Assembly: GCA_964408285.1 (NCBI GenBank)
Contig: CAYOYV010000010.1
Coordinates: 1,813 to 64,841, forward strand
Direction of reading: 5' to 3'
Length of the DNA stretch: 63,029 bases
Source: an uncultured Nitrososphaerota archaeon
GTDB taxonomy: Archaea; Thermoproteota; EX4484-205; JAAOZO01
Shown one piece after another: positions 49,965 through 60,302 of the stretch (positions are counted from its first letter, which is position 1; each line of letters opens with the position of its first letter). The translations under genes and the position numbers were made by a program. Below the pieces are notes generated by a model. It did not search any database, was not told the DNA's origin, and saw only the letters and a program-made list of their open reading frames with translations.

Positions 49965-50133
49965 TCAAAATTATTAAGCCTTGGCACGCGGCAGGGCTTT
50001 GTTTCGGATTCCCGCCGGCCGGGGATAAACAAGAACGATGGAGGCCATGCTAGAGCTCTCTCTGCGCCGTGCACTTCTGATCATTTCGGCGAAATGACAA
50101 ATCCTTGGCTCAAGGAGTAAAGCTTCGACCCAG

Positions 50134-50892
50134 CTACATGATGAGATCTACTTTCTTGAAGGCAATAGTATCAACTAATCCCTTGTCGGTTATTCTAAGT
50201 TCCGGAATCACCGATAGCGAGAGGAGGGACATCGTCATGAATGCATTGTGGAGATTGCAGCCCAGCGTCTTCCAGGCGCCGGTCAGCTTGGCGACGGAGT
50301 CGCTCACCCTTCCAGCGCTTGCGGTTGACATAAGCCCGGCAATCGGCAGTGGAAGAATAGCAAGAACCTTCTGATGGTTGACAGCTATCATTCCCCCCTT
50401 TGCTGATGACAACTTGCGTGCCGCAAAAACCATGTCTTCGTCGTTCGTGCCAATTACTAATAGATTGTGACTATCATGGGCGACTGTTGAGGCAACCGCA
50501 CCTTCTCTGAATCCAAATCCTCTTACGAATCCGAGTCCGATGTTTCCGGTTCCCCTATGCCTCTCGATAACCGCGACTTTTGACAAGTCCAGATCCGGAC
50601 TCGCCTTTATCTGCTTGTCCGTGACCTTGACTTCCTCGATGATGTGTCTCGTCATCGTACTCCCTTCTATTATCTGGATAACCCTTATTGTGGCGGATTC
50701 TCTCTGAGATCTGATTCTTAGATCATCGCATCCGGGTAGACTCCCTAGCTTCATGGTGTTCATTGACCAATCGGGATAAGTTGTTTTCGTCAATCGGACT
50801 ATGATCTTCCCCTGTCTTGCAACCAATCGTCCATCAGCAATCACCTCGTTTGCTTTCGCCCAATTCAAATCGTCGAAGAGAACAATGTCAGC
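50134..50892 (-). pseudogene. ade: Adenine deaminase, C-terminal fragment
   Basis: ADIVLFDDL.., VIERHRGTG, VAHDSHN, LPIAGLMS, LSVIPELRITDKGL. The N-terminal catalytic HxH barrel is absent. Confidence 0.88.
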
Positions 50893-51455
50893 GCACCCGC
50901 CATGAGGCCATTCAGGAAGTATATGGGATAGAAATCAGCGAAATAGGTCCCAAGGTTTTTCTCTCTCTTGAACCCACTGCAGTGGAAGAACAACTTGTCG
51001 GGGTATTTCTGAGCCTCCTGCACAGTCTGATCCATGAAATCGAAGCTAGTTGTGAAGACAACATCAACCTTCTGTTGGTTTATCAGTCCATCTATCACTC
51101 CGGGCGCATCAGCCGCTGATACGCTCTCTACATAGATTGTGTCCACCCAGGGGAAAAGGCCTTGGACGTATTTCCTGCCCACGTCGTGGGCATGACTCCA
51201 TCCATAATCGCCTATCGGTCCGACATAGATAAATGCCACCTTTATCTTCTTCGCGTAGATCGTCAAGTTGGCAGTGAGAGCTTCATTTTTCTGTTGGATC
51301 GTATTGTAATTCTGCTGCAAAGCTTTGTATTCGCTCTCTGCGATTTTTCCCAGACCCCCTGCCAGATAACCGGCCAAAAGAGCCACTATTATTCCCACGA
51401 TCAAAATGATGTTCAGGCTGCCGGAACTTCGACCACTCGCGGAATTCTCGCTCAT
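50865..51455 (-). pseudogene. BMP family (purine nucleoside) ABC substrate-binding protein, 3'-truncated
   Basis: TM plus coiled coil, KVAFIYVGPIGDYGWSHAHD.GR, FTTSFDF, HCSG, LMAGALT, then an abrupt stop; the second lobe is missing. Confidence 0.88.
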
Positions 51456-51642
51456 ATATAACTAGCTTTTCTTTGCCTTATCAAGGCTTGGAATCGAAAA
51501 TGAGGTAAAATTTATGCAAACACGTAACCGGCTTCGAGATTCTCATGAGGCATGAGCGCATCGAGAAGCTCGTGAGAGACCTCCAGGACGAGACCCATTG
51601 ACCAGGAGCTTATATCCTAGATCGACATGAGCGTTCCGAGGT

Positions 51643-52770
51643 ATGTGCTACGAGAGGGGACTGTCTGCGATTCATCTCGAGGAGGCCGATCGCATAGCAC
51701 AGATAGAGTTCATCCAGCACACTGATTTTGTCTCTAGGAAATCCGGCATCGATCCGTTTAAGGATCGCGATAGAGCAGTCAGGGATACATACGATTCCCT
51801 CGACTTGGATATGATATGGGCCACTTGGGATCCAATTCACCCTTGGGACTTGGTGGGCAAGGAAGCTAGTGATCTTCCAATCTCTCCGCCAAAGAGATTC
51901 TTTGGCGTTCCTTCGACTGCTCGAAATAATCAACGCATTGCGGAGAGAACTGATTCATGGTCGAAAGCCTTCCCAACGACATGGAGAACGGAATTCAATA
52001 TCAGATCCGTGGAGGATGTCTTGGATTTTGATCCCGAGAACTTCTGGGAAATCCCAAATCAACAAGAGCTTGAGGAGTATTTCAGGGAGGAGCACACGAA
52101 GGTCCAGTCGTTCTACAGGAATCAGCTGGTTCCAGGCGGCAAATACCAGACCTGCTTCATGTGGCTGATCATGGCGTTCGGACTGGAACTCGCGGTGAAA
52201 GCGACATATAGGGATCCGAAGGGATTCGAGAAGTTGCTGAAAAGGTTTGGCAGCCTTTCTCACATGGAGTTCAAAGCATGGGCCCAGACTGAAATAAGGG
52301 CATTCATCAGCCATGACGACATCTGCTCCACATCAGGGCCATTCTTCTCACCAAAATGGCTACGCAGGAACGTTTTCCCCTGGTATGAGCGTCTGTGGAG
52401 CGAGCTCAGGTCAAAAGGAATAGCAGTCCTCTTCTGCTCTGATGGCAACATGACAACCATCGTTGATGAAATTGCTGAGGCAGGAGCGGATGGCTTCATA
52501 CTCGAGGAATGCTGCGACTTAGCTCGCATAGCTGAAAAATACGGAAAAAGCAAAGTCATAGTTGGAGGAGTCGACATAGGCGTCTTGACCTATGGCACCG
52601 AACGTGACGTTGAGGAGGAGGTGAAAAGATGCATAAGATCATCAGGCAAGTATCCTGGTTATTTCATGAACGTCTCTGGTTCGATCCCCGACAATGTGCC
52701 TCTCGGGAATCTTGAAGCCTACTTCGACACCTGTAAGAAGTACTGCAAGCGACCCATTGGAAGACTATGA
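51643..52770 (+). CDS. Uroporphyrinogen decarboxylase / MtaA-CmuA family TIM barrel
   Basis: ER..AI.LE..DR, HDDIC, SP...R...PWY, FCSDG, GGVD, SIPDNVP..N..AY. Confidence 0.82.
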   Translation: MCYERGLSAIHLEEADRIAQIEFIQHTDFVSRKSGIDPFKDRDRAVRDTYDSLDLDMIWATWDPIHPWDLVGKEASDLPISPPKRFFGVPSTARNNQRIAERTDSWSKAFPTTWRTEFNIRSVEDVLDFDPENFWEIPNQQELEEYFREEHTKVQSFYRNQLVPGGKYQTCFMWLIMAFGLELAVKATYRDPKGFEKLLKRFGSLSHMEFKAWAQTEIRAFISHDDICSTSGPFFSPKWLRRNVFPWYERLWSELRSKGIAVLFCSDGNMTTIVDEIAEAGADGFILEECCDLARIAEKYGKSKVIVGGVDIGVLTYGTERDVEEEVKRCIRSSGKYPGYFMNVSGSIPDNVPLGNLEAYFDTCKKYCKRPIGRL

Positions 52771-52854
52771 AGACTCCGGCCAGTCAGACTGCTATGCGGC
52801 TTTATGTATCATCTCTCCAGTATGACCAGATCGCGGATGACCATGCGGTGATCG

Positions 52855-53493
52855 CTAAACAATGATGTGATTCAGAACTAGGGCGGAAGCGTTCAGGAGT
52901 GAATGTGATAAGATACACCCGACTGTATTTCTCGTTCTTAAGAACAACGTGCCATTCAGGAAACCAAGTAGGAATACAGGTATCAATATCAAAGGATGAC
53001 CTGACGACAAGTGTTTGTGGTGTAAAGACAGGAACAATATGGATTGAATGAGATTAGCGAGCATTGGCTTGCTCGAGAAGGTGGGATCGCCAAAGCTAGT
53101 GTAATGGCCAAGTAGAAATCCCCTGTAAGCAATCTCTTCGTACAACGGATACCAAATGACATCAGTGAATATCGTATATGGGTCGAATAAGTAGATGGAT
53201 TGAAATGTCGGTTTATAGTAGAAGAATATCGGAAGATATATCAGGAGATCTGCAGCGAAGACGAAAAGGGCTACGCGCGTCGATGGCCAGAGATCTCTCG
53301 TTGTGAGGCCAATTGATTCCAGTGGCTTCTTCTCAACAAGAAGCACATAGAGAATGGGGAGCAATATCAGAGGATAGAACCAACCATCAAGCCAAAGTAC
53401 AAAGATGATAAAGGCCGGAATGATTTTGGTTAGCATAAACTGCTTCCATTCTCCGGGCATACTTCTCCGAGGAAACGATGCAGAAATCGGCAC
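52855..53493 (-). CDS. CPBP/CAAX (Abi) intramembrane glutamic protease
   Basis: EEIAYRG, F.SLHH, SHSLLN; multi-TM. Confidence 0.88.
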   Translation of the reverse strand: MPISASFPRRSMPGEWKQFMLTKIIPAFIIFVLWLDGWFYPLILLPILYVLLVEKKPLESIGLTTRDLWPSTRVALFVFAADLLIYLPIFFYYKPTFQSIYLFDPYTIFTDVIWYPLYEEIAYRGFLLGHYTSFGDPTFSSKPMLANLIQSILFLSLHHKHLSSGHPLILIPVFLLGFLNGTLFLRTRNTVGCILSHSLLNASALVLNHIIV

Positions 53494-53593
53494 TTAAGGC
53501 TGACGGGGCATCATGAGTCCATGAGAGAGATTCTCGCCCGCACGTTTTTTGGGTCCACGCAATAGGCTTATATCCAATTTTGCATAGGTTAGA

Positions 53594-55549
53594 ATGAGAT
53601 GGTCATGTTTTTTGGAACATGCCTATGCGAAAAAGACTGACGACGAAATATCCGTTGGGAATGATTTTCTTGAGAGGGTAATATCTGTCAAGGACAACGT
53701 CGCCAGAACTGTATGCCTCTATAATAAGATAGATGGAAGAAGAGAATTCCTAGAGAGTGTCGAATTTGAATTGGGCATCGAAGACAACAAGATACTTACA
53801 ACCTACGACTTCACGTACGTGGGCCATGGAATTGAGGATGCAGTTCATGGAGGCAAGAAGCTGACCGTCCATCTGATGAACGAAGCTCTGTTCTTGGATA
53901 TAGTATACGAGCTCTCGGACGGTGACTTCTACATGAGGAAGCACCTCGTTATCAGCAGGAACAACAGTGTTGGGTGCAGTATTGATCATGTTGATGTTGA
54001 ACGGCTTGGTGGGGAATCTTTCCTTTGGCGTGGAGATGTTCTTGTTCCAGAAGGGCTCGGACAGCCGATCTATATAGGGAATATGTTCTTCGGTCTGGAA
54101 TATCCTGGAGCGGAATCCACTTTCCCTCCACTCAGATTACGTCATTACCCAAAGGCAAGAATCAATGACTGCGTGCAAAGCAAGGTGGCAGTCTTCGGAG
54201 TAGCGCCGAAAGGCAAGGTGTCAGATTGGTTCCTTCATCGATATCTTCCGAGAATCCGGATCCGGCCCGCGAAACCATTCATCATCTACAATGCATGGCA
54301 TATCGGCCACTTGGATCTCAGCATAGAGAGATTGGACGGCGAGATTGAAGTATTCAGAAAGATCTTCTATGAGAAGCACGGACTTTCACTAGATTCGTTT
54401 GCGTTGGATCATGGTTGGCATGACTATGCGAGCATATGGAGTGTTGACAGCAGGAAATTCCCAGAAGGCTTTGAACCCCTCGTCAGTAGGCTCGATGGGA
54501 TTCATACTCATCTTGGGCTCTGGCTGAGCTTACCAGGTTACCTGAACAGCCTTTGGGGCAAGAAGGAAGGCTTGGAGGTTATCAGAGAAGATGAACTATA
54601 TGGCCGCTACTGCATTGCTGGTCCAAAATACCGCTCCAGATTGAAAGAGATCCTCGGCTATTATATCAAGGAACTGAAGGTTAATTACTTCAAGTGCGAC
54701 TACAATGATTTCGATTGCCAAGACCCCAATCATGGTCATCCGGTGGGTAGACCCGCAAGAGATGCTGTAATCGATGCCTACATTGACGTTCTGGAATTCA
54801 TTAACTCATGCAACCTTTCGATTTTTGTCGCCTTAACTAGCGGGGCGTTCCTAAGTCCATGGTGGTTGATGTATGTAGATTCTCTATGGCTGGGAGGCCG
54901 TGATTGGCAGGCCCTTACAGAATTGAGATCGCCCCATCCTAGAGACCTAGCGATCAGCTACCGGGACAAGATCATGTATGACAATTTCGTTGACAAGAAA
55001 TATCAGTTCCCCACTTCAGCCCTAATGACTCATGGGATTACCAAGGGAGCAGACAGTCTCCTTGGAGCAGGAGAGCCGTTGCAGAAGTTCTGTGATGATG
55101 TCATGATGACTTTATGCCGTGGAATAGCCAAGTGGGAAATGCTAATTGATCCACACGTGCTGACAGATCAGGAATGGGATTTTCTCGCCAGGGCATTCAA
55201 GTGGGCAAAGAGGAATTGGAACCTTCTGTCCAGAACGACAATGTTCGGGGGCACACCTGAGAAGGCAGAGATCTACGGATACGCCCACTTTCAGGGCGAA
55301 TGTGGAATCATTTGCATTAGAAATCCGTCATTGGGAACCATGAAGGCTGAGGTCCGAATTGACGAAAACATGGGATTGGAGGAGAAGAAAAAAGAGGATT
55401 ATGGAGTCAAGCTCATTTACCCCCGCGGAATGTCTCTGGAGAATATTTACCACTATGAAGAACAGGTCGAATTGGAGCTTGAGGGATGTCAGGTGATAGT
55501 AGCTTATGTGGGTCCTCGCGAGCAGATTCAGAAATGGCAAGGACTATAG
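53594..55549 (+). CDS. Alpha-galactosidase-like glycoside hydrolase (GH27/GH36 clan D TIM barrel)
   Basis: YNAW, LDHGW, KFPEG, LGLWLS, YFKCD. Confidence 0.75.
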   Translation: MRWSCFLEHAYAKKTDDEISVGNDFLERVISVKDNVARTVCLYNKIDGRREFLESVEFELGIEDNKILTTYDFTYVGHGIEDAVHGGKKLTVHLMNEALFLDIVYELSDGDFYMRKHLVISRNNSVGCSIDHVDVERLGGESFLWRGDVLVPEGLGQPIYIGNMFFGLEYPGAESTFPPLRLRHYPKARINDCVQSKVAVFGVAPKGKVSDWFLHRYLPRIRIRPAKPFIIYNAWHIGHLDLSIERLDGEIEVFRKIFYEKHGLSLDSFALDHGWHDYASIWSVDSRKFPEGFEPLVSRLDGIHTHLGLWLSLPGYLNSLWGKKEGLEVIREDELYGRYCIAGPKYRSRLKEILGYYIKELKVNYFKCDYNDFDCQDPNHGHPVGRPARDAVIDAYIDVLEFINSCNLSIFVALTSGAFLSPWWLMYVDSLWLGGRDWQALTELRSPHPRDLAISYRDKIMYDNFVDKKYQFPTSALMTHGITKGADSLLGAGEPLQKFCDDVMMTLCRGIAKWEMLIDPHVLTDQEWDFLARAFKWAKRNWNLLSRTTMFGGTPEKAEIYGYAHFQGECGIICIRNPSLGTMKAEVRIDENMGLEEKKKEDYGVKLIYPRGMSLENIYHYEEQVELELEGCQVIVAYVGPREQIQKWQGL

Positions 55550-55724
55550 AGAGAGAACGAGGATGCACCAGACGCCGGCCTGCCTGAAGACTACTATCTG
55601 CCTGATCTGATTAAGTGCAGGAGATCCAGAGACATATTGCCAGAGAACCGATCCGCCTTGGCCAATTCCTAATAGATCAATCTGCTATTATGCTTAAAAC
55701 TTTCCTCAATGGAATGTGGACTGA

Positions 55725-57221
55725 ATGACAATGAGTGGAAATGACTTCCTAGCCTTTGATCTAGGAGCTGAGAGTGGAAGGGCCCTAGTGGGGAGTTTGG
55801 TGGCCGACAAGGTGCATGTACAGGAGATACATAGGTTCACAAACATTCCTGTCAGAATGGGAGGTAGCGTGTTCTGGGATGTTCCGCGTCTGTGGAACGA
55901 ACTGAAACCAGCGATTTCACTTGCTCAGACCAAGTGCTCGGGGTCATTGACCTCAATTGGAGTCGACACCTGGGGGGTGGATTTCGCCCTAATAGACAAT
56001 TACGGGGAGCTGCTCGGGAATCCTCATCACTACAGGGATGCCAGAACAGAAGGCGTGATGGAGCAGCTATTCAAAGTCGTCCCGAAGGATGAGGTATACA
56101 GCAGAACTGGGATCCAGTTCATGAGACTGAACACCTTGTATCAATTATATTCCATGGTTCTTAGGAAATCCAAGATACTCGCATCAGCATCCCGGTTCCT
56201 TATGATGCCAGATCTGTTCAATTTCTGGCTGTCGGAATTGGCTATTTCAGAGTTTACGGATGCGACTACGACCCAGTTCCACAATCCAAGAAAGGGGCAA
56301 TGGGATTTCGAATTGCTTCAGAAACTGAATATCAGAACGGACATATTCCCGGAGATAGTGAGCCCTGGGACTCTGCTCGGCAAGATATCAAGTGGCTTGG
56401 CAGCTGAGTTGAACATCGACAAGGAGATCTCCGTTGCGGCAACAGCCTGTCATGACACGGCTGCTGCTGTCGCGGCAGCTCCTCTTCAAAAGAGCAGTTC
56501 AGCCTACATAAGCTCAGGAACCTGGTCACTTGTGGGTGCTGAAGTTGAAAAGCCCGTGATAACGGAGAGATCTCTTCAGCACAATTTCACAAACGAAGGA
56601 GGAGTCTTCGGCAAATATAGATTGCTGCGCAATGTTCAAGGCATGTGGTTGGTTCAGGAGTGCAGGAGGATCTGGGCTTCGCAGGGCAAGGACTTCTCCT
56701 ATGAAGAACTAGTCCAACTTGCCACTAGATCCAGGCCCTTCACCTCGTTCATTGACCCAGACGATCAACGGTTCATCGCACCTGCAAATATGGTTGAAGA
56801 GATCTTGGCGTACTTGGTCAATACAAACCAAGACAGGCCAAAGAACGAGGGCGAACTTATCAGGACAATACTAGACAGCCTAGCCTTGAAATACAGAAAG
56901 ATCATCTCTCATCTTGAGGATCTGACCGGCTCGAAAGTCGATCAGATTAGCATTGTGGGGGGAGGATCTAGGAACGCTTTGCTGAATCAGATCACAGCTG
57001 ATGTATGCGATGTTGATATCATAGCAGGACCAGCCGAGGCCACCTCGGTCGGGAATGTCCTCATGCAGGCTGTGGCGTCGAAGGTCATATCAACCCACAA
57101 GGAACTCAGGTCCACGGTGAGAAATTCGACCGAGCTCAGGAAACACGAACCAAATCCAAAGATCGAAGTGGATGATGTCTATAACAGATTCATGAAAGTC
57201 ACTGAAGGGGGAGCGCCCTGA
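55725..57221 (+). CDS. rhaB: Rhamnulokinase (or fuculokinase), FGGY family
   Basis: LAFDLGAESGR, IHRF.N, DTWGVDF, HYRD.RT, TGIQ...NTLYQL, HDTA, SSGTWSL.G.E, FTNEGG. Confidence 0.88.
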   Translation: MTMSGNDFLAFDLGAESGRALVGSLVADKVHVQEIHRFTNIPVRMGGSVFWDVPRLWNELKPAISLAQTKCSGSLTSIGVDTWGVDFALIDNYGELLGNPHHYRDARTEGVMEQLFKVVPKDEVYSRTGIQFMRLNTLYQLYSMVLRKSKILASASRFLMMPDLFNFWLSELAISEFTDATTTQFHNPRKGQWDFELLQKLNIRTDIFPEIVSPGTLLGKISSGLAAELNIDKEISVAATACHDTAAAVAAAPLQKSSSAYISSGTWSLVGAEVEKPVITERSLQHNFTNEGGVFGKYRLLRNVQGMWLVQECRRIWASQGKDFSYEELVQLATRSRPFTSFIDPDDQRFIAPANMVEEILAYLVNTNQDRPKNEGELIRTILDSLALKYRKIISHLEDLTGSKVDQISIVGGGSRNALLNQITADVCDVDIIAGPAEATSVGNVLMQAVASKVISTHKELRSTVRNSTELRKHEPNPKIEVDDVYNRFMKVTEGGAP

Positions 57222-57296
57222 CCTATCGGGGAATCAATGGTGGGCTTCAGCCTCCGATTCTCTTCGTCAAAAAAGCCGCCTAGTGAGCCAGAATAC

Positions 57297-57629
57297 CTAG
57301 TCAATTGTGCGAAATCCATTGAAATAGCGGCTGCCGAAATCCACTATTCTACCTCCCTTCACTTGCACGCCTTCCCTCCTCAGGACCAGGATCTTGCGAC
57401 TGATACCTTTCACTCCTCCATAGCCGCCCAGTCTTCCATCGCTGTAGACAACTCTGTGACATGGCACGACTGGAGCGCAAGGATTGCTTCGCATCAATGC
57501 ACCTATGGCCCTCGGTGAATCAGGATGGCCCGCTGCCTTGGCCAAAGCCCCGTATGTTGTGACTCTTCCCTTCGGAACTTGTTTCAGTAACCTATAGACG
57601 AGGATTCGGTCAATATGCGAACCTTTCAT
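57297..57629 (-). CDS. ogt: Methylated-DNA-protein-cysteine methyltransferase (MGMT), C-terminal domain only
   Basis: VPKGRVTTYG.LA, RAIG, NP...VPCHRVV, K..LL..EG. Start trimmed from 58094. Confidence 0.88.
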   Translation of the reverse strand: MKGSHIDRILVYRLLKQVPKGRVTTYGALAKAAGHPDSPRAIGALMRSNPCAPVVPCHRVVYSDGRLGGYGGVKGISRKILVLRREGVQVKGGRIVDFGSRYFNGFRTID

Positions 57630-57729
57630 CGGCAGTCGATGATCTCGCCAACGGTATTTAATCTTGTTTGGGCAAGGACGCATCCGGTTATTGCTTTGCT
57701 TAAAAGCACAAGTTGAATGGGGTGTGTTG

Positions 57730-59259
57730 ATGAAGTGGCCCAAGGGCATTCCATGGTTACCGTTGGTCGCATGTCTGGTCCTCCTCATCATTCTGACGGC
57801 ATTTGCTTGGCATGCTTTCCAAGATGGAGGGATATTGACAATTAGAGACCTAAGATTCAGGACAAGGTTGATGAAAGGAGAGAAGCAAGAAATAACGGTG
57901 GCAGTAGTCTCCAAAAATATCTCCACCGTCACTCTAAGACTGAACAGCTCCATAGTAGATCTAGAGAAACTACAGGATCTTAAGAACGGCACGCTAATAT
58001 ACGGACTTACATTCGATCCATCTTCGATCTCCAAAAAGGAAGGCAGATTCCAAGCAGATCTGATCGCGAGGGATGGAACCGGAAATGAAGCCAAGTCTCA
58101 GCTGGCGTTTGACGCAAATCTTGAGCCACCGAAGGTGGGGGATCTAAAGACCGAGAGGATTTCTGCCGGGAAGTTCTCAATCTCTGTGACGGTTCAGGAT
58201 GACAATCCTGCGAAGGCATTTCTACAATTTCAGAATGGAAGCCGAATTGCGATGGCCAATTCAGATAATCGATATTACGCCGAGCTTCTGACATTTCGCA
58301 CATTGGACTTCGTCCTGATTGCCTACGACAAGTACAACTTGACTTCTTCCATAGCTGGAAAGGTGGTTTCATTTAGAAAGGGGGTAAGCCTGTCTCCGAG
58401 GAGTTTCCAATCGGAGGATTTCAATGATTTTCTGGGAAAGGTAGGTCAGGTTGGATCAATCCTGAGCTGGGTTGGTGACTGGAGCGAGTTAGTGAATGTC
58501 GAAAAAGGGGCCCCCTGGGTCTTGGCTCGCCTAGCAGAAGTCTATGGTTACATCCCTTTGATCGTTGTGCAATTCTTCAGGCAATCTGATGGCCATCTTC
58601 TAAGACCTCTCGATGAAACGACGAAACAGAGCTACAAGACAAGTGCTTCCGCCTTTGCTGAAAGATACAGACCTCAATATCTGGGAATCGGGGTGGAGAT
58701 TAACATACTCCATGAAAGATCGCCTGCTGACTTTGAGGCTTTTGCCAAGTTCTTCGGAGAAGTTAGCAAAGCCGTCAAGGAAAAATCGCCGACCACGCGT
58801 GTTTTTACTGTTTTTCAGCTTGAGAAAATGAAGGGGATGGGGGGTGGACTATTCGGCGGAGAGAACGACCCTAAGAAAGCGGAATGGCATCTATTGGAGG
58901 ATTTCGCTGGCTATTCGGATGTTGTTGCCTTCACGACGTATCCAGACTTGATATACAAGGATCCGTCAGATATCCCCAATGATTACTATTCTGAAATCAG
59001 GATGCGAACATCGAAGCCAATTATATTCACAGAAATCGGGTGGCACGCTGATGCAAGCCCATTGGGATGGGAAAGCAGCGAAGAAGAGCAGGAAAGATAC
59101 GTATGGCGTTTCTTCAGTCTCACAAGTAGTCTGAACATGGAGGTCTCAATCTGGAGTTTCGTATACGACCAGAATGTGAGTGAACCCTTTTGCAGCATGG
59201 GCCTGCTCAAGGCAGACGGATATCAAAGACCTGCTTGGAATGCATGGGTAAAGGCGTGA
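57730..59259 (+). CDS. Membrane-anchored clan GH-A glycoside hydrolase with Ig-like stalk
   Basis: N-terminal TM, beta-rich repeats (ARDGTGN, AYDKYN), GIGVEIN acid/base, AFTTYP, FTEIGW nucleophile, MGLL. Confidence 0.72.
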   Translation: MKWPKGIPWLPLVACLVLLIILTAFAWHAFQDGGILTIRDLRFRTRLMKGEKQEITVAVVSKNISTVTLRLNSSIVDLEKLQDLKNGTLIYGLTFDPSSISKKEGRFQADLIARDGTGNEAKSQLAFDANLEPPKVGDLKTERISAGKFSISVTVQDDNPAKAFLQFQNGSRIAMANSDNRYYAELLTFRTLDFVLIAYDKYNLTSSIAGKVVSFRKGVSLSPRSFQSEDFNDFLGKVGQVGSILSWVGDWSELVNVEKGAPWVLARLAEVYGYIPLIVVQFFRQSDGHLLRPLDETTKQSYKTSASAFAERYRPQYLGIGVEINILHERSPADFEAFAKFFGEVSKAVKEKSPTTRVFTVFQLEKMKGMGGGLFGGENDPKKAEWHLLEDFAGYSDVVAFTTYPDLIYKDPSDIPNDYYSEIRMRTSKPIIFTEIGWHADASPLGWESSEEEQERYVWRFFSLTSSLNMEVSIWSFVYDQNVSEPFCSMGLLKADGYQRPAWNAWVKA

Positions 59260-59531
59260 TGCTAGATCCGATGAGAATATCTACCTTGCGAATATATCCG
59301 GCCTGCGTAACTTGGCCACAACGAATCCCTCAAGTAGCGGTCGGTCGATGAATATCTGGGTCCCGACCCAGGCAATCAAGACAGTAGGAAAGGAGAAGTG
59401 CTTGGACTAGCAAAGGAATGTTGTGGATCGGTGCGCATGTCCGTCTAGGAGCCGCGAATCCAAGAGTAAACTCGGAATCGTGCGTTCCGCCGATAGATAG
59501 ATAAGGGCTGTCATCGGTCCACGAATACCTT

Positions 59532-60152
59532 ATGACTGGAGAGCAATCAGATCCAAGGGGGTCACCGAACGAAGACATTACAGTTCTGGAGTTGACAACT
59601 GGGATTCTCAATGATTTCTTGGAGTTCTTTGACCATAGTGCCTTCTGCGATAATCCCTCCTGGTCTGGCTGCTATTGCGTCTACTATCACACAGACAATC
59701 AGGAGGAATGGGAAAAGAGGACCGCATCTGAAAATCGTGATGTGGCCATTAGACTGATCAAGGAGGGAAGGCTACAAGGGCTATTGGCATATCTGAATAA
59801 GAAGCCCGTGGGCTGGTGTAATGCGGCTTCCAGGAATTCCCTACCGAGGCTCGCGATTTCCCGGGATCTTCGCGTCGAAGATGCTGAAAGGATTGGCTCG
59901 ATTGTCTGCTTTGTGGTGGCGAAGCCACATCGCGACAGGGGGATTGCAAGCCGTCTTCTGGAGGCTGCTTGTGACTCATTTTCAGCAAGGGGATTCCCTT
60001 TTGCAGAAGCATATCCTCTGAAGCATGCGGAATCAGATGCTGCCAACTTCCCAGGGCCACTTCGAATGTATCTCAAGCAAGGATTCTCGGTCTTCCGTGA
60101 ACTCGATCGATATCTGATTGTCCGCAAGCCCCTTCGGAAAGATGGCACCTAG
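59532..60152 (+). CDS. GNAT N-acetyltransferase
   Basis: CYC..Y, PVGWC, CFVV...HRDRGIA..LL, EAYP, Y..QGF. Confidence 0.88.
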   Translation: MTGEQSDPRGSPNEDITVLELTTGILNDFLEFFDHSAFCDNPSWSGCYCVYYHTDNQEEWEKRTASENRDVAIRLIKEGRLQGLLAYLNKKPVGWCNAASRNSLPRLAISRDLRVEDAERIGSIVCFVVAKPHRDRGIASRLLEAACDSFSARGFPFAEAYPLKHAESDAANFPGPLRMYLKQGFSVFRELDRYLIVRKPLRKDGT

Positions 60153-60302
60153 GGCCTGGCTCGGGGCCGTCCAATAGCAAATGCCCTCCGCTTCTAATCC
60201 GGATCCCGACTCGCGCGATTGCGTGATCTCGCGCGGGCAATAGTTATTTCGTTCGTACGCGCGAACCATTCACAAGATTTATTATGCCAAGATGGATTCT
60301 TC

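Noticed and set aside
57630-58094. Long N-terminal extension on the MGMT ORF
   Set aside because: Overlaps the divergent GH gene on the opposite strand; MGMT homology starts at ATG 57629.
59260-59530. 270-nt gap as a possible SRP or RNase P RNA
   Set aside because: No SRP helix-8 motif or RNase P conserved regions were recognised.
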